A stretch of DNA of 64,000 nucleotides. Source: Lingula anatina. Its lineage: Eukaryota > Animalia > Brachiopoda. The stretch is from assembly GCA_051362555.1 (NCBI GenBank), contig CM120648.1:15186587-15250586 (forward strand), written 5' to 3'. Under the pieces are notes generated by a model. That model did not search any database, was not told where the DNA came from, and saw nothing but the letters and a program-made list of their open reading frames with translations. Within the stretch, counting starts at the first letter, position 1; each line of letters starts with the position of its first letter. Made by a program: the position numbers and the translations under genes. Below, piece by piece: positions 52,772 through 64,000 of the stretch.

Positions 52772-53399
52772 GAAGATAATATTTTGTTAAAAAGAAAACA
52801 TGATTTACTTTTATAGATTTCATAAGGAAAATCAAATCATTTAAATATTTAATATTAATATTTAATATTGACATGATATGATGCCTGGAATAAAGGTGAT
52901 TAAAAAAAAATTCAGCTCCAAGCTGTGTGTTGGTAGAACCATCAGCATCATCACAAGATAAAAAAATTAATAACTTTTAAACTATTACAGATTGAACAAT
53001 TTGTTATTCAAGTTTTTATTAATATGAATAATCATAAGTGTTACATGTACAGGTAAACTCTTTTCAATAATTGAACTCTAATAATAATGACATTTTTTTT
53101 TCAGCAACCACAGCAATGGCCCCAGTTACAGAAGAATGTTCTTTATTATATAGTTTTTAATAAAGTTATACAATAAAATTCATTTGATGATAATTGTTTC
53201 ATTGGTTCATTCATAACACAATATCTTGTAACCAGTGTAAGAAAATTAGGATTAAAAAATGTAAATATTGAATTAAAATTCAGTGCATAGAAAATTCAGA
53301 CTTTTCTTTTCAGAAGAAAGTGTGGACACAGGTGAACAACAACAACATACCTCAGAAGGCAAGAGTAACTGTTTATACTCAGTTGTCAAGCAAAAGTGG

Positions 53400-53880
53400 T
53401 TTGGCAATCAGGCCTCAGTTTGTCTTCAAGGGGAAAGGCACTTATCTACAGCAAATCTTGTGCCACCAGAGGGAGTAGTAACTCACTGGAGCCCAAAAGG
53501 ATTGTACAAAACTGAAACAATGCTTGATGCCATCAAGACCCTCACTAATCTTAATACACAAAACATGTTCAGCCATTGCTAGTGGGGTATCTATATCCTT
53601 GATGATTACTCCGTTCATGCTGCCAAATCAGTCCATGTGGTCTTCCTGGAATGGGGGCATGTCTTGTCTACATGGGTGGGGGCATTACACGAGATGTCCA
53701 GATTAACGTTACTCACTTACATCATCTTCTGATAATGGCATACATAGCAAAAGAATCTGATGGAAGAGCTAGGAAGAGAACCAAACAAGATACCAACCCC
53801 CTCATGCAATAACATGTTGGCTATGCATGCCAGTGCCTGCAGGGCTCTCTACACACAAAGACCAACATGTGCTTAAAGGA
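53400..53880 (+). pseudogene. pogo-like DDE transposase fragment, second family
   Basis: WSPKGLYKTETML, IYILDDYSVH, MGGGITRDVQINVTHLH, PNKIPTPS. Confidence 0.65.
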
Positions 53881-53960
53881 AAATTTCATCCTGGTTAAAG
53901 ATGAGCTTTTTGAATGGCTGGGTGAAGAGTTGGTGGAACTCCAATAGCAAGATGCCCCTG

Positions 53961-54112
53961 GAAGAAGATGTGGCAGAGGAGATGTCTGTGGAAGAAGATG
54001 TGGCAGAGAAGATGCCTGTGGAAGAAGATGTGGCAGAGAAGATGCCTGTGGAAGATGTGGCAGAAAAGATGCCCGTGGAAAAAGATGTGGCAGAGAAGAT
54101 GCCCATGGAAAA
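53961..54112. repeat. 30-bp minisatellite, about 5 copies
   Basis: Unit GAAGAAGATGTGGCAGAGAAGATGCCTGTG. Confidence 0.9.
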
Positions 54113-54813
54113 AGTGATCAGTACTATTGTCAATGAGTATGGACCAGTGCTCCAGATTTCCCATTTCAATCCCTGATTCGCTATGGGCAGGAAACTAGGT
54201 TCAGAGATATGATCTGCCATTCTATTATCTTTTTATCTACCAAGAAATGCCACTCCAAAGCCAGGGCATTATGGAGTAATGATCAATCATTAAAAACATT
54301 AACGCCTTCTATGACTCTCATTATTGTTGTATTACATTACTACAAAACCCTCAAACTAAATCATGGACCTTCAGACTTGTGAAACAAATGACTGCAAGCT
54401 AACAAGGTGGTCAAACATTCTTCCGTATACTGAACTTGTAACAATCTTATAAATTCACAAAAATATATCTATATTGCTACTTTACTTTGATACACTGGGT
54501 ACATACTGTGGCAGCATTTCCAGCAAACAACATCAAAAAATATTCCAATTGCCGATTACTGAAAGTAAGGTACCTGCCTTATTTAAGTACAAAGTCACTG
54601 ACTAAATTTCAAGTAAAACAAAGATACTTTGTGGCACTTTTAGGGTAATGTCAACAAAATGCATGAAATCTTTTTTATGAACCAGTGACATGGATTTCTG
54701 AAAGAAACCTCCCTTTAACCAAAGCCACTCGGTGAATTTAAACAAAATACAGTTTATCAGTTCTAAAGTAAACAATAGATTGTCACAAAGTGCTAAATAT
54801 ATGGTGATCCACT

Positions 54814-54868
54814 GGACAGACACAGTGATAAGAATATAGACAGACTGAAAGTGTCTGTATATAATAAA
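54814..54868 (-). mobile_element. Helentron/HINE-type 5-prime terminus, degenerate
   Basis: GACAGACACAGTGATAAGAATATAGACAGACTGAAAGTGTCTGTATATAATAAA aligns with 3641-3695. Confidence 0.55.
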
Positions 54869-54940
54869 TATGTGAATTTTCTAGCTGCAACTAAATGACC
54901 TAATAATTACAGAGATACCTACAACTTCATTTCTGCACTT

Positions 54941-55320
54941 AAATATATATTCACATATAAACATTTTCCCCTAATGTCTTCAGTGATGTGTCACTGATGA
55001 CGTACTGTCTACCACAATCTCACTGTATATGCTACCTCTACTAATACTGTAACAGTTTCCATGGCATGCATGTGGGGAAAATTATTAAAACACATCAAAA
55101 CTGAGCTGAAATATATATTCACATTTAAAAATTTTTTTCACTGTTGTCTTTTTTCTCTGTCTACCAGAATCTCACTGTATATATGCTGCTTCTACTACTA
55201 CTGTAACAGATTTCATGCATGTGGACAAAATTATTATAACACATCACAACTAAGCTGAAATATCAATTCACTTTTAACATTTCCATTATGCGTATTTGTC
55301 TTCAGTGATAGGGTATTGTC
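54941..55320. repeat. Degenerate tandem repeat of about 150-170 bp, about 2.5 copies
   Basis: AAATATATATTCACAT, CTGTCTACCA.AATCTCACTGTATAT and ACACATCA.AACT.AGCTGAAATAT recur. Confidence 0.7.
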
Positions 55321-58300
55321 CAACAGGATTTCCTAGCTTGCTGCATACCCTGCACCTATAGTTTCCATGCATATGAGGGATACTGATACTTTGTGTTACC
55401 TGGAATTTGTTGTGTAATTGTACTGTTCCATATAACTGGCTCCACTGGATCTGCAGTTTTTGGAAATCTTTTTCTGGATGGCTCTGGCAGCTCTCTCTCT
55501 CTCTCTCACTCAGTATAAAACAGACCTCTTGGTCTGCCAGCAGCTCGTCACATAATTCCAGAGAAATGCATTTGCTAAAATTTAAATGAAATGGGTGTTA
55601 CAGTTTGCAATGCGCGTATGATAATGTAAAAGTATTCTACACTTGTTTTAGGGCAAACTCATTTTAATCAGAATTGTTCTGCAAAATGCATGCAACATTA
55701 AGATCATTTTTGTATCACCATAGTTTAAACAAACCTAAATACTGTTCTTATGTAGAAGTAACCACTTGGAAGGGCCATTATAATTCACATGTGAAAAGAA
55801 AAAAAAAAAAAAAAACAATCAGTTATATTCACCACCTGAAATTCTCCAGCCTACTGTCTCCCTGCTTGAACTATGTCTGTATCTCTGTTCTTTGGAAAGA
55901 CCATCTATCTCTCCCTCCCAGGACATCAGCCAGCCAAAGAATGTGTTCTACAGAGTAAAATGCACATGCAAGTACAATATTTTAATTTATATAAGTTTGT
56001 GAAGAAAAGATAGATCAGTTTAGAATAAATAAATTGTTAACAAAAGAGGTGTTGACAAAAGAATACTTATGACTAATTACTTTAAAACCACAGGAGGACA
56101 TGCAACATACACTAAGAGCAACAAATGCTTTTCTTGCCACATTAAAAAAAAACTGACTTTAATACAAAAATGTGATATTTTGTGTTTGATTCTACACAAA
56201 GGAAGGAGAATAGACAATTTACATATTGTTTACTGTGAAACAAAGCCAATTGCTCATTCTGTGTACTACCTGCAAGAAGTTTAGTTAATTACCTGTTTAC
56301 CATAGCTGTCTTGTCTTCGGCTGTTCACAGCCACTTGTCCTGAAATTTGTCACGTGTCTTGCATATCTAGGGGAGATGATGGGAGGTTCCTTCTGCTGCC
56401 TAATCTTTCTAGCTGTTCCCTTTCAGAACCTCTATATCCAGCCACAACATCTCACCAAGAAACCAACCTCACCATATGGGGAGGGAAGCTAAAAATGGGA
56501 CAAGAATGTTTTTGTGAAGGTACAGAGACAGAAATCTGAAAGTACACTGAGGGCAGTTGTGAGAAAAATCAAAACTATGATACATTCCCAAGTTCCCATC
56601 TATGGCAGACATCAGTGTTGTGGTAAACACTGTAATAATTAACTGTGATAAGTTAAAAATGTACTTCTCTTTTGGGGTCTACTTCAGTAATTGTAACTGC
56701 CGAGACTGGCACAATCCCCATCTGATAAAAGTTATAAACAGACAAAACTCTGCCAAATCTGCCTAAAATTTTGTGAATTTTGCACACAAATTGCCTAACA
56801 TCTGGTAAAATATGGGATAAGGATATCAGTTGGCTGTAACCAGTTGAAATGTATTTTTGTGAGGAGAAATGTGAGAGGAGAGGGAAAGTACCTGTTGAAA
56901 TTCTGAATTATTACAAATATTAAGGAAACCCAAAGGAAACACAAAATGAGTTAATTGGTGTTTGCTGCTCTACACCAATTACCTTTTGTCACTTATAGAA
57001 CAATACCAAAGTCGTAACTTGTAAAACAAAATGAACTGCTATCTTGGAGTATTACCTGCTATAAGTCCCCTAAATGTCATGGTGATGGGTGCCCTGGGGG
57101 AAGTAACGACCACTGCTCCACCTTGGGTCAAAAACTGACCACATCAAGCAGGCCACTACTGTGACCCATGACACTGTCAGAACCGCATGTGAGCTAGAAA
57201 AAGATAAACATTAACTAAACAAGACATTCAACAACTTGACCACTGATGACCAGAATCTAATATAATATTAATATCTTCTCTGGTCAACAGTGATTTACAG
57301 AACATGTAGATTACAATGAAAGCAGGTGGGATGTAGCTTTACCTGCCAGAAGATTCTACATTGCCAGTTAAAGTAAAACTAGTACCAATATTCAAGTAAT
57401 ATTCAAGTAATGGACATTGGAAATGTGATTATAATTAGCTCCATCAAGCCTAACAGCTAAATTGTGACATCGGCAGGGGTTGCTGCCAGTGGAGCAAAAT
57501 ATATCTATGATGAAGATCATTCTGATGGAGACAGCGAAATTACAGCCCACTCTGCATTTTCCAAGCATTTTGCACTAAAGGAGACCAGCAGCCTTCAATT
57601 ACAAATGAGTGGAAAAAGCTGTATGTAGCAGAGGAGAAAAAAAGTTATTTTTTATCCTAAGTGCATTTTCGGTTTCTGCCTCTCACCCTCTTTCTTTGTC
57701 TATTAAAACATTACAATTCACTGCCAATATGAACTTCCAACAACAAAACAACAATATTTCATTCAAATTATTGTTTTTCTTTTTATATGTGATAAAAAGA
57801 AAAACAATAATTTGAATTTATACATACAGAGCTAATGAAACTGTTCTCTCATTAACAATATTTCAGTCAACATTGAGACCCTTTACAGATCAAGTATGGA
57901 GGAAAAGTTTTTGGTGCAGCAATCTGACAGCCATCTATTAGGTACTACACCAACCTGAAGGCAGACACAGTGTAAAAAAAAATTAAAAAAAAGATGGATG
58001 CAGGAAAGACCTAAAGTTGCCATGGTGGAATTAATACTTTGGCAAGTGTCCTGGAAGAGCCCAACATGGAAACTAAAGCATCTACAAGGGGATACATCAA
58101 AGCCCAAACGAAAGTCCTTCAGCAATCTTCAGCAACCCTGGAGAACCCAAACACACTACGATCAAATTATTCACGAGGCAACAAATATGCACTAAAAAAT
58201 ACAGTACAAGCTATGAAATTCTAAAGAGGAATGTGAAGGTATCAGCAAACTTAGCAGCAATCATCTACAATCTACATAGCTGGATTCAGCACAGTGTATT

Positions 58301-59866
58301 TGTGAGGGAAATTACTGTAACATCCAAGAGCAAAAAATAATGTGCCACACATTATTTACTACACAGTCAATCAGACTGAGGACTTGAAACACATTTGTCA
58401 TTTAGGCACATTCCTTGGATCCAACAATCATTTGTTACACAGACAATCAAATTCAGGACTTATGTCACTTAGGCCCTGTTCTTGGAGTTGATAAAACTTT
58501 TAATTTGGGACAGTCTCATGTCACTATGGTTATCAATAAAGTACTTCCGCATAGTCCAACACAAATGTTTATCCCATTTTCATAAGCCCTCATTCACAGG
58601 AACTCAGACAGGAAAACTTATCCATCTTTCTTTTCCACCATAGGAAGAGAGCTTGCTGGATTTCTGTCAGTAATTGGACCTGATGACGGAAAGGTCATCA
58701 GCAAAGATGCCTTGTTTGGGTTCATAATTTCCAAAGTCGCAAGTTGCCAGAAATATTTAAAGCAAAATGCAGCCATGTACCTACTGGACAAGATTGGAGA
58801 ATCCAAGTGTCAGCAGCCCACGGCTCATGACCCGATAGCAGCGGCAAGATCTACCGTACCTTGGTTCAGTAGCAGCGTACAATTTACATACCTCGGCTCA
58901 GCAGCAGCACAATCTACCAGCTCAGAGCTCAGTGACTTAAAAGCAGCAACTTTCCATTTATATCTGTTTTAATTCAACATTTTGTACAGTATTTTACGTC
59001 ACATTAGATTTATTATTTATTTCATTCCCACTCATGTTGTTTTTGATCTTTGATAAAGATCCTCAACACCAAGGATGACAGAAGATGACTCATTACAATG
59101 ATATTAGGGAAACCTAGCTTGCAAATTCCCTACCCTGGCACATGTCTGAGGATAGAAAAGAAGTGCTGGGATATTTGAAAACCACTGCTCCTGGCTTTGA
59201 AACTATTTGAAGCGCAGCTACTCTCAGTCTAAAGGATAAACCTTTCTTTCTTTCTTCATCTTTGGCAGGCATTGATTGGATAATTCTCCCACAATGTAAG
59301 AATCGTCTTCACGTGATCCTAGTCGTTTGCTGCGCCCTTTTTCACTCTCTTTTGTAATTGACCAGAGCGGTCGTACATATACTGTAACTTCATCTCTATT
59401 TCTACAGGTGAGCTAATTATTTCAAATTCAATTGCCATGATGCATTATTTATTTAGTTATATTATTAAACGGTGTATTTATTTGATTAGTTATTTTGTTT
59501 AAACTACGTGTTTTATTCATTGTAACATGTACACTCTCTCTTTTGTAATTGACCAGAGCAGTTGTGCAAATACTGTAACTTCATTCTCTATTTCTACAGG
59601 TGAAATAAATAACCTTAAATCTATTACACAGTTGTGTGTTTTTAAACAATAACAACAAACTGTGACAGGTTATTTAACTTTCTGGCAATACACACTTGGA
59701 GGTAGTAATCATGTTAAGGCTGCACAAACCAGAAATGTAAGAATCAGAATTGAGAATCATAATGCAGTCAGGTTATGAAGTATAACGACTTCATTGGCGA
59801 CAGGGCCTATCCTATCCCATATAACGAAGAAGAAAAAGAAACGATTTAAGAAATTTTGGCCTTTGT

Positions 59867-59869
<3 letters not shown>

Positions 59870-59922
<53 letters not shown>
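59870..59922. repeat. Poly(A) run of about 53 nt
   Basis: Seen directly. Confidence 0.9.
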
Positions 59923-59926
<4 letters not shown>

Positions 59927-60399
59927 ACACAAACTCTATTCAACATTACCTATAAGAGTGTTTTCAACATAATACGGGGCTTGATTAGAAATTTAACAAT
60001 ACACAGGAAAGTTTAATGAAATTAATGGTTACTATACCTTCAACATAGAAAGGGCAGTAAGTAATTTTGGGAAATTAATTGATCACAAAATGTTACTTTT
60101 GGACAGATATAACAGGCAGAGAATGTTGTTGGAATTAGGAATGTAGTAGTAGTTCATATGCTTATTTGGTTATTTATTTCTGTTTCATTTTTTCAAACTA
60201 TCCTGTTTTCTTTCCCATTCCTTATTTTCTGTCTTTATATGTTCTTGCTTTTCATTGGTTAATAGTCTTAACCCTCAAATTTCCTTTGTTTTCTTGACTT
60301 ACTCTCTTTACTTTCTGTGTGTCAGACGTTGTTTTCCATTGCAGAAAACAACAAAGACAAAGAACAATTTAATACTGTAACAGGAAGATTACCCGAATT

Positions 60400-60720
60400 C
60401 TAACTGCCATCAAGAAAGCTTATGCCCAGGAAAATTTACAAACCATCCTCAGCCAAGGGGCACATCTTCACTGGACAAATAACAACTGTGAAGCTATGAA
60501 TCATGTTTTAAAGATGAAAACACCATGGAAACAGCATGGCATCCTGGCACTTATATATGAGGTTGTGGAGAGTCAGTACACAAATGTGAAAAGGACCATA
60601 ATAGGAAGAGGTGAATTCTCTTTGGACAAATATTTCTCATCTTTCTGTGTGAACAGTGCTTCTTGGGCCAGGAAGTCTAAGGAGTAGAGAACCCGGTACC
60701 TCATGAAATTCTTGAAAATA
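60400..60720 (+). pseudogene. MULE transposase C-terminal fragment
   Basis: WTNNNCEAMNHVLK...VESQYTNVKRTIIGRGEFSL. Confidence 0.7.
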
Positions 60721-61554
60721 CCAAACTGGTGCCATTCAGAATAAAATATTTGAGTACTAACTGCTCCATGGCTAAAATGTGGCCCACCCTACATGAAAGG
60801 CAGATCTCCCTCTTAAACCTGATATGGTCTCTCTGCCTGTTGCACACCTCTTCAGATTGTTATGTACCTTTACATATACATATGAGATGAATGTCCTAAA
60901 CTTATATAATTTAGAACGCTTAATTCAAGCGTGGGCTCGAAATAGGACATTACGTTTTAGACTTACTCAGTGGATAACGCAATTCAAAATTCCACGGTTC
61001 GTGTCAGATTTACGTGAGGTCGCGCAAAGAAAACCCAAGTCCACATAATGACCAGTTTAATGGTTTATTGGTTGACGATCTCTAACTACATGTTCTATAC
61101 GTGAAGCCTCCAACTTCTAAGCCGTCTCCCATAGCTCCGTCGAGCGGTCACCTTCGAGTCTTCTTCCTTCTGACCCCCAATATTATTTCTAGACGTCTTT
61201 TATACGTATTTCTTATCTATAGGTGGATTCTGTGCTGCAGTATTTGGCGGTACATACTAATTTTAATTATTCAAATTGCACACGTCCACTTAAGTTACAT
61301 GACTACAGATAAGGCCATAAAACGAGTCGAGTGCACAAGCAATCGACTCTAATCAAATTAATTTACATGTCTGGGAATTATATTTGTGAACACTACAAGA
61401 TGTCGTCTCTGCAGGGGCACAGTCATTAAATCTCGGTACACATGCTCATTGGTCTTGGGGTCAGCTGGTGGTTCCCAACTTCAGTTCAAAGAAGGCACCC
61501 AACAAGACAACAACGCTACCAGCTACCACTTTCTGTAAACATGCCTTACCAGCA

Positions 61555-61755
61555 GTCAGATAACTGGAATCCCCAGGAAAGTCACATTGTTGAACATTTG
61601 AAGGGAGGCTGATGTACAGCATCAGCTTGAAGAAGGCAAGCAATGCCACATACACTGTTTAGGAGGATAGAAAGAAGTGGCCAGGAGTGTTTTGACAAAG
61701 TGAAGAAGCTGAAGGCTCTGTACAGAAAATCAAGAGATCAGAACAAGGAAGTCGC
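61555..61755 (+). pseudogene. Trihelix/Myb_DNA-bind_4-like fragment (Harbinger accessory)
   Basis: NWNPQE...DVQHQLE...RSGQECFDKVKKLKALYRKSRDQN. Confidence 0.55.
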
Positions 61756-62999
61756 AAGTAATGTTTAAATATGTTGCACTCACATTGTGTATTGAATGGA
61801 ATTTATTTTGGCTCACATGTGGGATTTGGTCATTTCGTTGTTTGTCACAATACGGTGTCAGTGGCGGAAACTTTCAGCACACTTTTAGTTTAATGAACAA
61901 GGCCTTCCATACAGATTTATTATTCACTCTTACCATGACATGCTATGTAACTCCCCTTCCAGGGTTATTATAACATCAATTAAGTGTCAGACAATATTAA
62001 TCTTCTAAAAAAAACTGCTCCCTGGTTCTTGACGGAATAACGTCAGAACAGTTATTGTTTGCAAAGTGTGATATTCTTGGTACTGACAGCGTTCATTCAA
62101 TTTTAATTGAACTGTTAAAACAGTCATCCCTGATGACTTTGCGGATGCAATATTTGTACCAATATTAAAATGACCAAATCTCAACCCAAACCTCATAGAA
62201 TTTGAGATCCCAATAAACGCAACCAGCAACCATTCATCAATTCTTACAAACATTCCACAATATTTTGACAAACCAAATTCAGACAAAACACCAATCACTT
62301 TCAATGAAAACTTCCTTAGTGAATGTGTACAGTAGGCAAAAACGAAAAGTTATGTGAAGTCTCTAATCTAAGACCAACAAGTAACCAAATCCAAGCGATA
62401 ATATTTGACAACAAGCATAGCATCAAATAGTTTTGTGAGTTCACATTTTTGCCACAGTGTCAAGTCATCAATTGAAAGACTAGGGAAAAACAATATTTTA
62501 ACATATAAAATTTATAAACTCACACCTTTGAATGCGAGGAAAACTCAACCAAAACAGGCTGTGACTTTTGCATAATGAAAGTTCCATGCAACTGTGCAGT
62601 CCAACATTCCACTATATAATCTGAAGTGCCGAATAATAGTGCCTACCGGAATAATTGTGTTTATAAAATCAACAAAGTGCACTTTATTTGCTCCATTTTT
62701 ATCAGTGAATATACGTAAACTATAAAAACACACAGCAGGCGGGCTGAATTTCGGAACATGAAGTGACAGAGAAAGTGTATTTGTGACATGTGACTAAATG
62801 TTGTCGAGAACAGTTGCCTTGTTTCGCTATCTCATATACTTCAAATAAGGCACAGAACTGCAAAAACAAGGCACTCACAGGGAGATAGTAACTGCTGGTT
62901 ATTTTTAGGCATATGCGCATGCGTATTTCCGTTACTACTAAATCAAGTGCTCAGAAGCATGGGATTACGTACAGTATATAAACAGAATGCCAACTTTAG

Positions 63000-63540
63000 A
63001 CCCAAGATAAGCAAATCAAAATAAATCTAGACAAGGCCATGGAGGCAACAAAACAGGGACAAACAATTTTTCAATCATTGGCAGAACCCCTGCTATCTGG
63101 AGAGCTAAAATTACCAGATACAGAACTCAACATTTGAGAAATACTGTTGTATGCAGCTTTGGGCATTGTAAGTTTTGGTCTAGTGTTCTCACTTGGTTTA
63201 GCATATAAACGTAAAGTCCTATCCACCACTCTGCTAGCCGTTGGTCATGCAAAAGGGAATCCTGCACCTGTCTTCAGATACACAACATACATCACCACAA
63301 CATCACCAACAACGGAATATTTTGACCTGTACAAAGCACTAACACATGAAATTGCAACTCCCATTTACTTTCTGATCATCTTTTTACTGCAAATTTTTAT
63401 TGCAATATGTGTCAGGCAAAAAGAAAGCCCATAACTACCTTGCCTAGGAGATAACAGGAGAAAGTGAGTGTTATGGTCCCAATGACAAAAATTAAATCCT
63501 GTCCTAACGAATTAACTATAGAAGGTTCACCGTTGGTGAA
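63000..63540 (+). pseudogene. Possible env-like membrane-protein C-terminal fragment of an LTR element
   Basis: INLDKAMEATKQGQTIFQSLAEPLLSG followed by two hydrophobic segments; disrupted. Confidence 0.3.
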
Positions 63541-63650
63541 AACATCACTTTTGTTATAGGATTAATTAACAGCAAAGATTATATATAATTGAATGGGGAA
63601 ACAGTTTGTATTTGGGACACGCCCAAACTGATGTGCAGATATTCTTCAGA

Positions 63651-64000
63651 CATGCTGAAACTGTCGGTCCGATCAGTCATGACCAGGAAAATTTGTCTGG
63701 ACCGGTAAAAATTTGGAAGTGGTCAGTCCAAAGGGCAGACAAGAGTTTTAAGAGCAGCAATTTTGAATTTAGAGTCATCGTTTGACATACTTCCCTAATG
63801 AGATTATATAAAACCCAAAGCGTTTTTCCCTTCCATTTCAAACCTATCACATTCACAAACAAAGTAAGCTGCCTAATATTACTGGTAGTATCGGTCTCAA
63901 ACGAATAGGGTAATTTTCGGTCCGACAAAAATCCATTGGTCTGGCAAATTTTTTACTACTGCCAGTCCAAATATCCGGCCACTGAAAAGTTTTCAGCATG
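63651..64000. mobile_element. 350-bp MITE with CATG termini
   Basis: CATGCTGAAA/TTTCAGCATG; internal GGTCCG/GGACC-type repeats; the right flank is outside the window. Confidence 0.65.

Noticed and set aside
21900-54868. Autonomous Helitron (Rep/Helicase) or giant-virus/Polinton insertion
   Set aside because: No HUH Rep, PIF1 helicase, polymerase B or capsid motifs were seen.
59790-59922. SINE or retrocopy ending in the poly(A) run
   Set aside because: No TSD, Pol III boxes or coding body recognised.

Overview
AT-rich animal genomic DNA with spliceosomal GT-AG introns and microsatellites; the repeat families suggest a marine invertebrate (inference). I found no intact host gene, RNA gene or CRISPR array. 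Bases 1-20 kb hold non-autonomous DNA transposons and MITEs, a Helentron/HINE-like element with a 161-bp satellite, and a long-TIR TTAA element. From about 22 kb to 63.6 kb lies a patchwork of about 20 short, decayed coding fragments from many TE groups (Kolobok, Sola2, BEL, Tc1, L2, Penelope, MULE, Gmr1-type Gypsy, pogo, hAT, Harbinger Myb, BEN, env-like), nearly all on the + strand. Several fragments have seeded homogeneous minisatellites. Main hypotheses: (1) a uni-strand, flamenco-like TE trap or piRNA cluster; (2) CACTA-like elements carrying a coiled-coil+BEN gene next to arrays of the palindrome TCCTATAGGA, which resembles the Insensitive BEN site TCCAATTGGA; (3) matching Helentron-like ends bracketing about 33 kb. 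Family calls come from motif recognition by eye and fragment boundaries are approximate.
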